Notes: generated by a model from the letters alone, not told the origin. DNA of 52,747 nt from Candidatus Hydrogenedentota bacterium (GCA_903932505.1 CAIZGN010000208.1:1-52747); one strand, 5' to 3'. Positions 19,060 to 29,047 are shown, counted from the first letter of the stretch. Numbers and translations: made by a program.

Positions 19060-20685
19060 TCAGTCGGCGAGAATCCGGTACAGATCCCTGGATAGGGCTT
19101 CGTACAGGCCCGCGAGGTCTTCCAACATCACGACAAGCCAATCCGCGAAGGGTTGAGGGAGCGGTTCTGGGGGTTCATTCACCGGCATGAGTGCCTGCGT
19201 GTCGGCCCACACCTTTCCGTGCAGGTTGGCACCCCATCGCGCGTCCAAATCCCGGAGAGACCGCAGCAGGGCGTGCTGGAGGGATGCGCGGACGGGTGTG
19301 GACAGCAAACCTCGTTCTTCCCCATGGCGCAGGTTGTGGAAGGTGTCGTGGAAGAGGAAGAGGAAGTCCACGTAGACCGCCTGCGGATGTCCTGCGGCGA
19401 GATCGGCATTGATGAGCTTTACGGCTTCGTCGATATTGGCGCGACCCATGGCCGCGATGTGTTCCCACGAGTCCAGCAGACCGCGTCGGCGCTTTTCGTG
19501 GTAGGACCAGCCCCACAAGGTGCGGAGGACACTGGCGGGGGTGTCTCGTCGCTGGTGACGGGCCACCAGCAGGGGGGAGAAGACAAACGAGTGTCCCGCA
19601 TCGCGCAGCTTGCGACCGATGTCGTGATCTTCGGCGTTGGTTCGGAATTCTTCCCCGTAACCGCCAACGTCCAGAACCACCGTGCGGCGATAGAGCGTGT
19701 TGGAGCCGAAAAGGAATCCCGGGTCGGTGTTTCGGTGCAGCCCCAAGTCCTGTCCGAGGTGCAGCGCGCGAAATAGGTCGGCGGGGGTATCCTGATGCGC
19801 TTCTATTAATCGGCCGCCCACCCCTGCGACATTCGGGGCGGCGTTTTCGAGTTCCATCCATGCACACTGGAGGTAGTTCGGGTCGGGGTGGGCATCGGTA
19901 TCGATTGCGCCGACCCATTCGCCGATGGCTTCACGGAACGCGGTGTTGCGGGCGGCGGCCAGGCCCCGATTTTCTTGGTGGGAGATGATGCGCACGGGAT
20001 AATTTCTCGCGAGGTCAATTGTTACATCGCTGCCACAATCATCGACCACCAGCACTTCGGCGATGGGACAGGTTTGGCGGGCGAGCCCTTCGATGGCACC
20101 CCGGATGTAGGTTTCGACGTTGTAGGCGGGGATGTAGAAGGTGACCGGGGCTGGACAGGGTTGGGTGTCCAGATAGAAGGCGCGGGGCGTTTCCGCGCCT
20201 GTGTTGTCTCGCAAGGCAAGCATGTCGGTTTGTTCGGGATGCAGTTGCAGGGAGATTTCGGCGAGGTCTCTGGCTGCGTCTGCTTCGCCATGCGCCTTGA
20301 AGAATCGGGCGATGAGGTTAAGCGCCCACAAACCGGCGGCTGGGGATTCGGGGGCGTTCATGGCCAGCGCGATGGTTTCCTTGCCGCGTCTTTCACGCAG
20401 GAAGGCCTTGGCGGCGGTGTAGTGCAGCCAAGGGTTGGTGGAGGCGCACAGAACCTCCAGGGTGTCGGGAGGCACTTCGCCGAGCAGGAGGCGCTGCGCC
20501 AGCCGGATGTCTGGCGAGGCGCCAACGAGTACGGGCGTGAGTGCCTCCATTGCGGCGCGATTTCGTAGGGTGGCGTGGAACACGAGCAGTCCAAAGAAAT
20601 CGCGCTCCGCGAACGCGTGTTCGCGGAGCGTGTTTTCCTGGAACTGGAGCCAAAGCGGGTTCACATCCGAATCCGACGCCATCAA
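19060..20685 (-). CDS. Family 2 glycosyltransferase with N-terminal helical repeat region
   Basis: GT2 core is FYIPAYNVETYIRGAIEGLARQTCPIAEVLVVDDCGSD, NRGLAAARN and AIDTDA. ATGA overlap (20682-20685) with the upstream binding-protein gene. Confidence 0.8.
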   Translation of the reverse strand: MMASDSDVNPLWLQFQENTLREHAFAERDFFGLLVFHATLRNRAAMEALTPVLVGASPDIRLAQRLLLGEVPPDTLEVLCASTNPWLHYTAAKAFLRERRGKETIALAMNAPESPAAGLWALNLIARFFKAHGEADAARDLAEISLQLHPEQTDMLALRDNTGAETPRAFYLDTQPCPAPVTFYIPAYNVETYIRGAIEGLARQTCPIAEVLVVDDCGSDVTIDLARNYPVRIISHQENRGLAAARNTAFREAIGEWVGAIDTDAHPDPNYLQCAWMELENAAPNVAGVGGRLIEAHQDTPADLFRALHLGQDLGLHRNTDPGFLFGSNTLYRRTVVLDVGGYGEEFRTNAEDHDIGRKLRDAGHSFVFSPLLVARHQRRDTPASVLRTLWGWSYHEKRRRGLLDSWEHIAAMGRANIDEAVKLINADLAAGHPQAVYVDFLFLFHDTFHNLRHGEERGLLSTPVRASLQHALLRSLRDLDARWGANLHGKVWADTQALMPVNEPPEPLPQPFADWLVVMLEDLAGLYEALSRDLYRILAD

Positions 20686-21710
20686 CTGGGGTTGAGCAGC
20701 TTTTGAACTTCGGGGGTGTTCAGATTTTCCAGCGTGACCACGGTGACGCCGGTGTCGATGCGCTTTTCGACCGGTTTCTTGGCGATGGCGTCCATGGCGG
20801 CCTTTACGCCGAGATAGCCCATGGTGAAGGGCTTCTGCACGATGAGCGCCTGGATAACGCCTTCTTTGAGTGCCTCGATTTCGGCGGGGGCGGCGTCAAA
20901 GGCGACGAGCTTGACCTGTCCGGCTTTTCCGGCGGCACGCAGGGCTTGGGCGGCCCCGAGGGCACTGCCTTCATTCGCGCCGAAGATACCCTTGAGATCG
21001 GGATTGGCGGTGAGCATATCTTGGGTGACGTTCATGCCGAGTGCGACGTCGCTCTGGCTGTAGAGGGTGGCAACGAGCTTGACGTTGGGATGGGCGGCGA
21101 GGCCCTCCTTGAATCCCTTCTCGCGCAGTTCTGAGGTGGCCGCGCCGGAGACAAAGGGAATGCTGCCCACATTGCCTTCCTCACCGATGAGCTTGGCGAG
21201 GACGTCTGCGGCGGTCTTGGCTCCGGCAATGTTATCGGTGGCGACGAACGACAGGGGCGCCTCAGAATTCACCCCGGAATCAATGGTGATGACGGGGATG
21301 CCGGCTTGTATCGCCTGTTCGACCTTGGGGACGAGGGCGGTTTCGTTGGTGGCGGCCATGACAATGGCGTCGACCTTGCTGCTGATCATGTCCTGCACGA
21401 TGTCCATCTGTTTCGTGACATCGGTTTCCTTGGCGGTACCCTGCCAGACGATGTCGGCACCGAATTCCTTGCCTGCGGCTTCGGCACCGGTCTTGACGGT
21501 GACCCAGAATTGATGGGAGACGGACTTGGGAATTACTGCAATGCGCTTTTTCGCTCCTGTGGGCGCGGGCGCGTCCGTGGGCTTCACGGCAGCAGTGTCT
21601 GCGGGCTTCGGGGCTTGGGGATCGGCGGGCTTTGCACTCGGGGCGGCAGTGGGTCCACAACCGGTAACCAGTGCGGCCAAGGCGATGGAACACAAAAATC
21701 GTTTCAACAT
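20682..21710 (-). CDS. Sugar-type ABC substrate-binding lipoprotein (type-I PBP fold), no cognate permease or ATPase adjacent
   Basis: Start set at MLKRFLCSIALAALVTGC (lipobox), with GGAAGGAG 5 nt upstream. RbsB-like blocks are IAVIPKSVSHQFW, VDAIVMAATN, GIPVITIDSG and VKLVAFDAAP. Confidence 0.8.
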   Translation of the reverse strand: MLKRFLCSIALAALVTGCGPTAAPSAKPADPQAPKPADTAAVKPTDAPAPTGAKKRIAVIPKSVSHQFWVTVKTGAEAAGKEFGADIVWQGTAKETDVTKQMDIVQDMISSKVDAIVMAATNETALVPKVEQAIQAGIPVITIDSGVNSEAPLSFVATDNIAGAKTAADVLAKLIGEEGNVGSIPFVSGAATSELREKGFKEGLAAHPNVKLVATLYSQSDVALGMNVTQDMLTANPDLKGIFGANEGSALGAAQALRAAGKAGQVKLVAFDAAPAEIEALKEGVIQALIVQKPFTMGYLGVKAAMDAIAKKPVEKRIDTGVTVVTLENLNTPEVQKLLNPS

Positions 21711-21781
21711 GATTGCTCCTTCCTGTTCATTCACAAACTGATGGGCCTCTAAGGTGGACGACGCGATTACGACGCACCTGT

Positions 21782-22819
21782 TTACTGCTCGATAAAAAAC
21801 CGTTCCCCGGTTCCCGTGTCCTGTATACCAATACCGTTTCTGCGCACGCCAATCAGTTTGGCCTGTGTGCCGGGAACCATGTCGCCCACATAGACACTTG
21901 CCAGATTGATGATCGCGACGGCATAGGGGCGATCAGGGCCGGCTTCGCGCAAGACGTTGATGTGCATGTTTTCGAGTCCATAGCGCCCGAGGTCGCCCCC
22001 GCGCAATACGGGCAGGGTGTCGAGATTCACAGGGGCATTTGCATCGGGCGTGGCCTTCGCGGGGTTGGCCATTGGTGTGCCGATGCTGGGGGCTTTGGAG
22101 ATTGGGAAGCGAGGATTTTCTCGGCGGGAAGTCGCGGGGGGATCGGTCGCTTCCGGCGCTTTCGCGGTCTCAATCGGTGCGTCCGGTTCGGTGGCCGGTT
22201 CAAGGTTCTCGGTCTTTTTGGGAGCTTTGGGCTTTGGCGCTGCTTCGCGTTCCTCTTTCTTCTCAACAGGTTTGGTGACTGCAGGTACCTTCTCAGGGAG
22301 CGGAGGCAGAACAACGGGATCCGGCGTTTTTTCCTCGACGGTTTCCTTGGGTACGGCTTCGGGCTTGGGAGTCGGCGCGGTTTCTTTTTCCGGTTTTGCT
22401 GGTGCTGGCGCAGGTGCTTCCACCACTGGTGCGGGCGGGGGGACGGGCTCTACAGCAGGCGTCACCGCTTTTTCAGGAGCCTTGGGGACACTGGCGGTCT
22501 CCATCTTGGGTTCTGGTGCGGGAGCGGCCGGATTTTCGATTTTCGGGGTGACGGCCACTGCGGGTACGGCGGTCATGGAGCGAATGACGAGAATTGATAC
22601 CACGGAGGAGACCACGGTAAACAGCAGGACGACTAGCACCCCGACCCCGATCCACAAGGCGGAAAAGCGTCGTCCATCGCGGGGTGTATCGTCGGGGCTG
22701 TCTGCCAGCAACTCCATCTTGGCGGATTGCGGCTCGAATACACGCACACCACCCTCGGCGGCGTTTTTGGCAGCCTTATCGGCCTCGAGTTTTTTGAGGG
22801 CTTCAAGAATGCTGCTCAT
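21782..22819 (-). CDS. GspB/ExeB-like protein (partner of ExeA/GspA), proline-rich
   Basis: Start set at MSSILEALKKLEADKA, a GspB-type N-terminus, with GGTGGAG RBS. It has a single TM segment and a long P/A/E/K-rich linker. It lies immediately downstream of the ExeA-like gene. Confidence 0.6.
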   Translation of the reverse strand: MSSILEALKKLEADKAAKNAAEGGVRVFEPQSAKMELLADSPDDTPRDGRRFSALWIGVGVLVVLLFTVVSSVVSILVIRSMTAVPAVAVTPKIENPAAPAPEPKMETASVPKAPEKAVTPAVEPVPPPAPVVEAPAPAPAKPEKETAPTPKPEAVPKETVEEKTPDPVVLPPLPEKVPAVTKPVEKKEEREAAPKPKAPKKTENLEPATEPDAPIETAKAPEATDPPATSRRENPRFPISKAPSIGTPMANPAKATPDANAPVNLDTLPVLRGGDLGRYGLENMHINVLREAGPDRPYAVAIINLASVYVGDMVPGTQAKLIGVRRNGIGIQDTGTGERFFIEQ

Positions 22820-22871
22820 CGGCCATTCTCCACCCCGCGTGTGTTGGTGATGACTTTTTGAATGTGTCCAC

Positions 22872-25115
22872 TCATTTGGGCGGCGCTCCTGCACCGCCGG
22901 GGAATGCGCCAGGCGGTGGGCCTACCGGCATTAAGTTGGAGGCCGCCGGCGTCTCCCCTTCCGCAGGGGCCGGGGCGGGCTGTTTGTCGGCGGTATCAGG
23001 CGCGAGCAAGGGGTTCTCTCCCTCCTTGGGTGCATCTGCGGGGGGAACTACCGGTTCCTTCGCGGGTTCAACTACGGGGCTTGGCGCGGGTTCCGCAGGC
23101 GGTGTGACTTGCGCCGGTGGGGCGACCTCGCCTTCGGCGGGCTTTTCCGGTTCGGCTATGACAGGCACAGGAGGTGCTGGTGGCGGTGGCGGATCGACAG
23201 GCGCTTTCGTCTCGGCTGGGAGCTTTTCATTCGGGTCGGCGGTCGGCGTTTTCTTGGGCTCTTTGCGGGGAGTCGCGACCTTGGGTAAAGGAGGGACATC
23301 AATGAGGGCTGGACGGTCGGCTAGCTTTGGCACGGATTCGTTGCCAAGCCAGCTCGCCAACACCATGCGCACTTGGTGGCCAGCCAGCCCGTCAATGGGA
23401 AGTCCGGTATCGACCTGCAATTTGGCGACGGCCTGCCGGGTGGTGGCATCGTACTCGTCGGAGACGGCGTCCAAACCCAGACGGCCGAGACGGCGCAGGG
23501 CGTGCTTGAGTGCGGTGACTTCGGGCCCGCGCTGTCCAAAGCGGCAGAAACGAGCTTCTTCGCCGGAATCTTTCCACAAGGCCATGGCGCGACCCGCGTA
23601 GAGCTTTTCCAAGTTAGGGATTTCAACGTCGAAGGTCGTGGCACCCGGGGCGGCGAGTTGGGCTGTGGTTCCTTTGCATGCGAGCAGAGCCGCCCAGCAC
23701 GGCGTGCCGTCCCTGTTCAGCGAAAGAAAGACGGGAAGATTGATCGCGGTTATGGCCGCGAGCGAACTCTCAAGCGAATCAGTTGCCAAGCCATGGGTTG
23801 CAGCGAACTTTTCGAAATCGGCTGGGGCATCCCCCTTTGGTGCATCTTGGGCGTCAGTTTGACCCCACGCGCGCAAGAGGGCTTCGCCAGAGGCTTGGCG
23901 GAGTGCAGCGGGATCGATGGAAGTCATCCAGGCGGCGAGTGGGTTGGCCCCGGTTGTCGGGGGCGGCTGCATAGGTGCCGGGGGCGCAGGCGTGGGTGGT
24001 GTTTCCGGCGCAGGAGTCGGCGTGGGCGGTGTCGTAAGGGGGGCCGCAGGTGCGGGCGGTGGCGGCACCACGGCCGATGTTTCACCCTCAGGTTTAGGTG
24101 CGGGCGTGGGTGGCGTATCGGGTGTCTTGGCGGTAACAATGGGCTTCGAGAATTCCCGTTCCATATAATCGCCCACCCAGACTCCGGCCGCAACACCAAC
24201 GGCAAGCAGGATGGTGAACCCGGCGGCGGTACGTATCCAAGCCCAGGAGCGGGATGGGGTGGATTTGTTGGTTCGGTGAATGGGGGCATACAGCGAATCG
24301 CCCCGCACTTCCTCGGCGGCCTGCTGCACGATTTTTTTTGTGATAACATGCGAGCTTTGCGCGTAGCCGATGAGAAGCGCGCGATCGCAAATGGCATTGA
24401 TGAGTCGTGGTGTTCCCTGCGAATAGGTCTGAATTAGGTGTACTGCGTTTTTTTCGAATCGAACCCCACCTTTGCTGCCTGCAATATGGAGGCGGTAGGC
24501 AATGTACTCGAGCGTCTCCTGCTCGTCGAGGGGGGTGATGTGGTATCGGGCAGAGATGCGCTGGTTGAGCTGACGAAGTTCGTCGAGCCGCAATTTGTCG
24601 TTGAGCTCGGGTTGCCCGAGGAGAATAATTTGAAGCAGTTTCTCTGTGTCCGTTTCGAGGTTGGAGAGCAGGCGGATTTGCTCGAGGACTTCTGGGGAGA
24701 GATTCTGCGCTTCATCGATGACGAGGACGCAGGTCTTTCCGTTTGCGGCTGCGTTCAACAGGTAGATATTGAGGGTTTCGACGAGGTCGAGGATGGTTTC
24801 AGCGGAGGAGGGGAGTCCAAACTCGCGATTGATCTTGCGCAGAAGTTCAATGGCGGTCAACTTGGGATTAAAGACTAGTGCGAGTTCGACGTGTCCCGCG
24901 AGCCCATTGGCAAACGAGCGGCAGATGGTGGTCTTTCCGGCACCGGCCTCCCCGGTGATTAGTACGAATCCCGAGCGGTTTTCGATGCCATACTGCATGT
25001 GGGCGAGGGCGTCCCCGTGCTTCCCCCCGTTGCGCGCTTCCGGCATATACAGGAATTTTGGCGCAGGGGTGAGATTGAAGGGTTTCTCCGTCAGTCCGTA
25101 AAACTCAATATACAT
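22872..25115 (-). CDS. ExeA/GspA-like AAA ATPase with peptidoglycan-binding domain and long proline-rich tail
   Basis: Start set at MYIEFYGLTEKPF, the typical ExeA N-terminus. Walker A ITGEAGAGKTT and Walker B VLVIDEAQ. One TM segment. The PG_binding_1-like segment is GPEVTALKHALRRLGRLGLDAVSDEYDATTRQAVAKLQVDTGLPIDG. Confidence 0.8.
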   Translation of the reverse strand: MYIEFYGLTEKPFNLTPAPKFLYMPEARNGGKHGDALAHMQYGIENRSGFVLITGEAGAGKTTICRSFANGLAGHVELALVFNPKLTAIELLRKINREFGLPSSAETILDLVETLNIYLLNAAANGKTCVLVIDEAQNLSPEVLEQIRLLSNLETDTEKLLQIILLGQPELNDKLRLDELRQLNQRISARYHITPLDEQETLEYIAYRLHIAGSKGGVRFEKNAVHLIQTYSQGTPRLINAICDRALLIGYAQSSHVITKKIVQQAAEEVRGDSLYAPIHRTNKSTPSRSWAWIRTAAGFTILLAVGVAAGVWVGDYMEREFSKPIVTAKTPDTPPTPAPKPEGETSAVVPPPPAPAAPLTTPPTPTPAPETPPTPAPPAPMQPPPTTGANPLAAWMTSIDPAALRQASGEALLRAWGQTDAQDAPKGDAPADFEKFAATHGLATDSLESSLAAITAINLPVFLSLNRDGTPCWAALLACKGTTAQLAAPGATTFDVEIPNLEKLYAGRAMALWKDSGEEARFCRFGQRGPEVTALKHALRRLGRLGLDAVSDEYDATTRQAVAKLQVDTGLPIDGLAGHQVRMVLASWLGNESVPKLADRPALIDVPPLPKVATPRKEPKKTPTADPNEKLPAETKAPVDPPPPPAPPVPVIAEPEKPAEGEVAPPAQVTPPAEPAPSPVVEPAKEPVVPPADAPKEGENPLLAPDTADKQPAPAPAEGETPAASNLMPVGPPPGAFPGGAGAPPK

Positions 25116-25223
25116 GCCATCCTTTTCCCCGTGTGCCCGTGCTTGATTGTTCGCCGCCCGTAGGGCGTTTAAGCCTATCATTTGACGGGCGTATAGTCAA
25201 CCCGGAGCACATTGCGCCCTGCG

Positions 25224-25262
25224 ATAAACAAACAAGCGGCCGGTCCGGGATGGACCAGCCGC
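25224..25262 (-). terminator. Rho-independent terminator after the tandem pilin-like gene
   Basis: 11-bp stem GCGGCCGGTCC / GGACCAGCCGC with one mismatch and a 5-nt loop. On the minus strand it is followed by TTGTTTGTTTAT. It sits 29 nt past the stop at 25291. Confidence 0.6.
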
Positions 25263-25290
25263 CTGTCACATGCACTTAACCGTCAAGGGT

Positions 25291-26319
25291 TCAGGAGTTC
25301 GCAGCACCGTGCTTACGGCGCAGAACGAAACCGCCTGCCGCGAGACTCGCCATCACCGCGACCAAAGCGTACCAAGAGGCCGCCGGAAGGGCTGCAGAGT
25401 CCGTGGGGTTGGTGGGGTCATAGCCAAAAGTGACTTCATCGCCATCGCTCATGCCATCAAGATCGGTGTCCGCCAACTGGAAGCTGGTAAACATCGCGGC
25501 TTCTTCTTCGTTGTTCAGTCCATCGTGATCCGAGTCACACTGCGCGGCAAACACGGGCGATGCGCCACCGGCCGAAGCACCTGCTTCAGCATGAACAATT
25601 CCGGTGATGGAGTCGAAATAGAATCCGTAAAGACCGGATGCGGCATTCACGGGATCGGCGGTGACCATGTAGGCACTGCCGTCACTCACCATCAAGAAGT
25701 TATAACCGTTGCGCGGCGCGGAGAAATCACCAATGCCTAAGTCGGCCAAGGTCAATGTGTAGGTGCTTAGGTTAGCACGCCAGTACGCTGCTTGGGCCGA
25801 GGCGATTGCGCACAGATCCGTGGTGGCGGCGGCTTGATTCGCGGCAATGGTTGCGCCATCCGTTTGGTAGCAGGAACCCAAGCCCAAGTTAATGGCCATC
25901 ACGGAGGATGCTGCGGTGGCAGTGGCACCATAGGCGCTATAGATGGCGTTCTCATTGGCGTAAAGGTGAACCCAAGCAACATCGCTGGGCTCTGCGGTTA
26001 CGGAGTACCCTGCGCCGGAGAGGGCGAGGGTGAAAGTGTATCCGCCGACTGCTGCACTGAAATCGCACGCCAAGTAAACGGGCGTGGAGGAGGCTAGATC
26101 CGCAAACGTGGCCGCATACTCGTATTGAATCTGCGAGTAATCGGTTTGCGCTTGTCGGATAGCACTTATGTTCTTGATGGCCTCAAATTCCTGAGGAGCC
26201 AACTGTGGAGCAGGCGGCGCGCCCCAAGCACTCGCTGCCAAACCCAGGGTCAACACCAATCCCGCCAACAGGCCACGACGTCCGCACGTTTGCGTTGAAG
26301 AAAAGAAACTGTAAAGCAT
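25291..26319 (-). CDS. Secreted protein with two pilin-like globular domains (no prepilin helix), TSP3-type Ca-binding repeats and a C-terminal TM/basic anchor
   Basis: Start set at MLYSFF, with AAGGGG RBS and a signal peptide ending ASAWG. Two repeats (ISAIRQAQTDYSQIQYEYAATFADLA..GGYTFTL..YSVTAEP and LCAIASAQAAYWRANLSTYTLTLADLG..NGYNFLM..YMVTADP) resemble the head domain of the pilin at 9733-10137. DSDHDGLNNEEE and DTDLDGMSDGDE are also present. The C-terminus is LPAASWYALVAVMASLAAGGFVLRRK. Confidence 0.7.
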   Translation of the reverse strand: MLYSFFSSTQTCGRRGLLAGLVLTLGLAASAWGAPPAPQLAPQEFEAIKNISAIRQAQTDYSQIQYEYAATFADLASSTPVYLACDFSAAVGGYTFTLALSGAGYSVTAEPSDVAWVHLYANENAIYSAYGATATAASSVMAINLGLGSCYQTDGATIAANQAAATTDLCAIASAQAAYWRANLSTYTLTLADLGIGDFSAPRNGYNFLMVSDGSAYMVTADPVNAASGLYGFYFDSITGIVHAEAGASAGGASPVFAAQCDSDHDGLNNEEEAAMFTSFQLADTDLDGMSDGDEVTFGYDPTNPTDSAALPAASWYALVAVMASLAAGGFVLRRKHGAANS

Positions 26320-26383
26320 TAGTTCCCCTTTCTTTCTTTCTTGGTTTCGTTGCGATTTCCTACCCAATACGTAACTCTCTACA

Positions 26384-26412
26384 AGAGTAGCGCGAAATCA
26401 TTCATTTGTCAA
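26384..26412 (-). promoter_or_regulatory. Sigma-70-like promoter for the tandem pilin-like gene
   Basis: The minus strand reads TTGACA, a 17-nt spacer, then TACTCT. It lies in a relatively AT-rich 317-nt intergenic region. Confidence 0.5.
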
Positions 26413-26636
26413 GTTTTTGGTGCATAAAAATACGGGCATTTATTTTGCGGCTTCATCGTAGCCTTCCTTGTTGGTCGAAAAAGATACGTAAGTCATTTAT
26501 AGGCAAATACATGCGAGGAACGGCGAGCATGCGCGGGGAACCCAAGCTGGAGGGACTCTGCAGGGCGGTTTCGTCTCCATTGGAGGCCAAAATTTGGCTT
26601 GCCGCGCAACTCGATGCTATTTTTTTGCGACCCTTA

Positions 26637-28808
26637 TCATTTTGGGGCTCCATCCGGGAGTACCTCGACAGCAATGTCGCGGGCTTGATGGGGAAACTCC
26701 ATCCATGCGGTGGACGATGCGGCATCCCATTCCCACGCCAGGTCGGGGCCTTCCGACAATCGAATTTGTCGTGGTTTTGCGGTCAACGCGATGCGCATCC
26801 GCGCCATTGCGTTGACCGGTCCGCGCACCGAGAAACGGAAGACCCCATCCTCCATACGCTCATTGCGTACGCGTCCCGATGCGGCCACAACTTTGGTCGT
26901 TGTCTTTTGTCTCCTAAGCCAATCGATATCGTAGAGCAAAGCGCGTTCATCGGGTTGGATGGTCTTGTGGTTCACAATGGCAAGCTGCGGGTCGAAAAGG
27001 TCAACAAAATGGCCGTCGAGTTCAAGAGGTGCCTCACTGACCGATTCATTCAAAGCCGCAGCGATGACATAGCCGCCACGCTGAATCTTGAGGTAGTTCT
27101 GCAGTTTCAGGGGAGTCCCCTTCGCGCTTGTGGTGGCCTTTACCGCATCCACAATCCGCGTTGCGCCGTCGGCCTTTTCAGTGAGTGCTGCGGGGTTCGC
27201 GGGCAATACAAGCACCTGTCCTTTTTCGACGGGGGTGGGGGCGGTGCAGTTTTCGGGATTCACCCCGAGCTGCTGAAAAAGATGATCCTCCGGTTTTGCG
27301 GCATTGGCGCCCTGCTGGTTCCACCATTCGCGCACGTGGTTGTAGGGGTCGGAACCATCGCCGACGTAAATCAATGTGCCGCCGGTTTTCACCCATGCGG
27401 CCAGTGCCTCGTGATAACGCGGGTCAAGCGGCTTCTGTCCTTCGTAGCTAAGCAAGAGCGTGTGATATGGCTCCAGCGTCTTGGGGTTCAGCACATTCTC
27501 GAGTTGAACCACTTCTACCGGGATGCCCGATTTGAGCAGTGGCATGGCTAGACCGAAAAACGCGCCCAACTCAGGGTCGCTCGGCTGTGGTGCCGCTCGC
27601 TGGAACATCATGGTGTCGGAAGCCAGCACGCCAAAGCCCCGGGTTCCCGTGTCATAGGTTGCTTCGCCCGCATCCATTTCGTTAAGTGCATTGATCAGTG
27701 TGAGGATCTCGGTGGCATAGTCGGCAGGTATTCCTTCGCGTGCGCTCGTCTTCGCGTCGAGATCCACCTTCGGGTATTGACCCTGAAAAATACGATCCGG
27801 CCACGGCATGACCTCGAAGCGGTCGACCTCTGGCCACATCAACGAGGCGAGCAGCGTGCATTCATAATTACGCTTGTAGTCGTTCCAACTGTGGTTGGGG
27901 TCGTCCTCGACCGGGTCGGCAAGAAACCACACCTTGCGTCCGGTGGGGCGCACCATGCTCAGCGCCTGCCCGTATTCGAGAAAGGCGGCTTCAAAGGTGC
28001 GCGACTTGCGCACCCCGGCATAGCGGTTGGGGGTTCGTGCCGTGCCTGTCCACACCTGCGCGATATAGCCATCCATGTCGGGGATGTCCATGAGGTGGGA
28101 TTCGGGACTCACGATGCGCCACTGCGCGTAGTTGATGAGGGTGTGGGTGGGGACATGGCATTCGATGGTGCGTCCGAGGACTTTTGCGCGCTCTTTGATG
28201 TAGTGGGTGACCTCGCGCAGGGCCTCGAAATACAGGGTGTATTTCAATTTGCTTGCGCGATACTGCGCGTCCACGCTGGAGTCCGGTGCCTGCCAGGGTT
28301 CGTTGTAGAGACGCTCCCATTCCTTCTTGAAGGCGGGACTCCATCCGGTTTGTGCCCAATATTCGGGTTCTTCAAAGTAGATGGCCTGTACGCCTGCATC
28401 GATGGCAGGGTCAATTTTCTTCTTCATGTATTCGACATAGGCGGGCGTTGGGACGTTATAGCCCACGGTGGTGCTGTTGCCGTGCATGAAGAGCTTGCCG
28501 TCCTTGTCCGTCTGCACCTCGTCCTTGCGGAAGCCGTTGGGTGTGGCGTAATAGTCGTCGTAGTTGCCCCAGGCGATACCGGTCATCATACCCACGGCAT
28601 AGCCCTTCTCGTGCCAATGCGCCACGCGATCGGTGAAAGTGTCATCGACCCCATAGACCACGGCCATGTCGGAACCGATGTCTACCGCCTCGTTGTACGG
28701 CGCAAAAATCTGGAAACAGGTTTTGTCGCGGGAGGGATCCCCGCCGAAGGCCTGCGTTGAGAGGGCCAATACCACGCCAATGACAAAGCCGGATACGCCG
28801 AGTTTCAT
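26637..28808 (-). CDS. Secreted hypothetical protein, glycoside-hydrolase-like (TIM-barrel-like N-terminal half, GH42-trimerisation/GATase-like middle)
   Basis: Signal peptide MKLGVSGFVIGVVLALSTQAFG. It is a long ORF with ordinary composition, unlike the R/G/H-rich antisense ORFs. The motifs YFEEPEYW and LLLSYEGQKP...GGTLIYVGD are only suggestive. Confidence 0.45.
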   Translation of the reverse strand: MKLGVSGFVIGVVLALSTQAFGGDPSRDKTCFQIFAPYNEAVDIGSDMAVVYGVDDTFTDRVAHWHEKGYAVGMMTGIAWGNYDDYYATPNGFRKDEVQTDKDGKLFMHGNSTTVGYNVPTPAYVEYMKKKIDPAIDAGVQAIYFEEPEYWAQTGWSPAFKKEWERLYNEPWQAPDSSVDAQYRASKLKYTLYFEALREVTHYIKERAKVLGRTIECHVPTHTLINYAQWRIVSPESHLMDIPDMDGYIAQVWTGTARTPNRYAGVRKSRTFEAAFLEYGQALSMVRPTGRKVWFLADPVEDDPNHSWNDYKRNYECTLLASLMWPEVDRFEVMPWPDRIFQGQYPKVDLDAKTSAREGIPADYATEILTLINALNEMDAGEATYDTGTRGFGVLASDTMMFQRAAPQPSDPELGAFFGLAMPLLKSGIPVEVVQLENVLNPKTLEPYHTLLLSYEGQKPLDPRYHEALAAWVKTGGTLIYVGDGSDPYNHVREWWNQQGANAAKPEDHLFQQLGVNPENCTAPTPVEKGQVLVLPANPAALTEKADGATRIVDAVKATTSAKGTPLKLQNYLKIQRGGYVIAAALNESVSEAPLELDGHFVDLFDPQLAIVNHKTIQPDERALLYDIDWLRRQKTTTKVVAASGRVRNERMEDGVFRFSVRGPVNAMARMRIALTAKPRQIRLSEGPDLAWEWDAASSTAWMEFPHQARDIAVEVLPDGAPK

Positions 28809-29047
28809 GGAACAATCTCCTGATGGGAAGGGTTGCGACTGTGGGGCTTCCTTGGGGCATTATAGCGTTGCAGGGTTTGAGAAACACAAGACGGGGCGGC
28901 GGCAATTCCTTCGGGATTGGGCAGGCGAGCTGCCTGCAGGCGTGTTGGTAAGGCAGGCATCCCCTTGCCACCACCCCAATAGTGCAAAACCCGGCGCTAG
29001 AGGGTGAGAGAGCGGCGTACAAACAGGCTCCACGGGGAGGAGAGGGG

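Noticed and set aside
22017-24437. Plus-strand Gly/Ser/Ala-rich ORFs of 277, 247 and 354 aa
   Set aside because: They mirror the proline-rich (CCN) regions of the ExeA-like and GspB-like genes on the minus strand. They are low-complexity with no start-site support.
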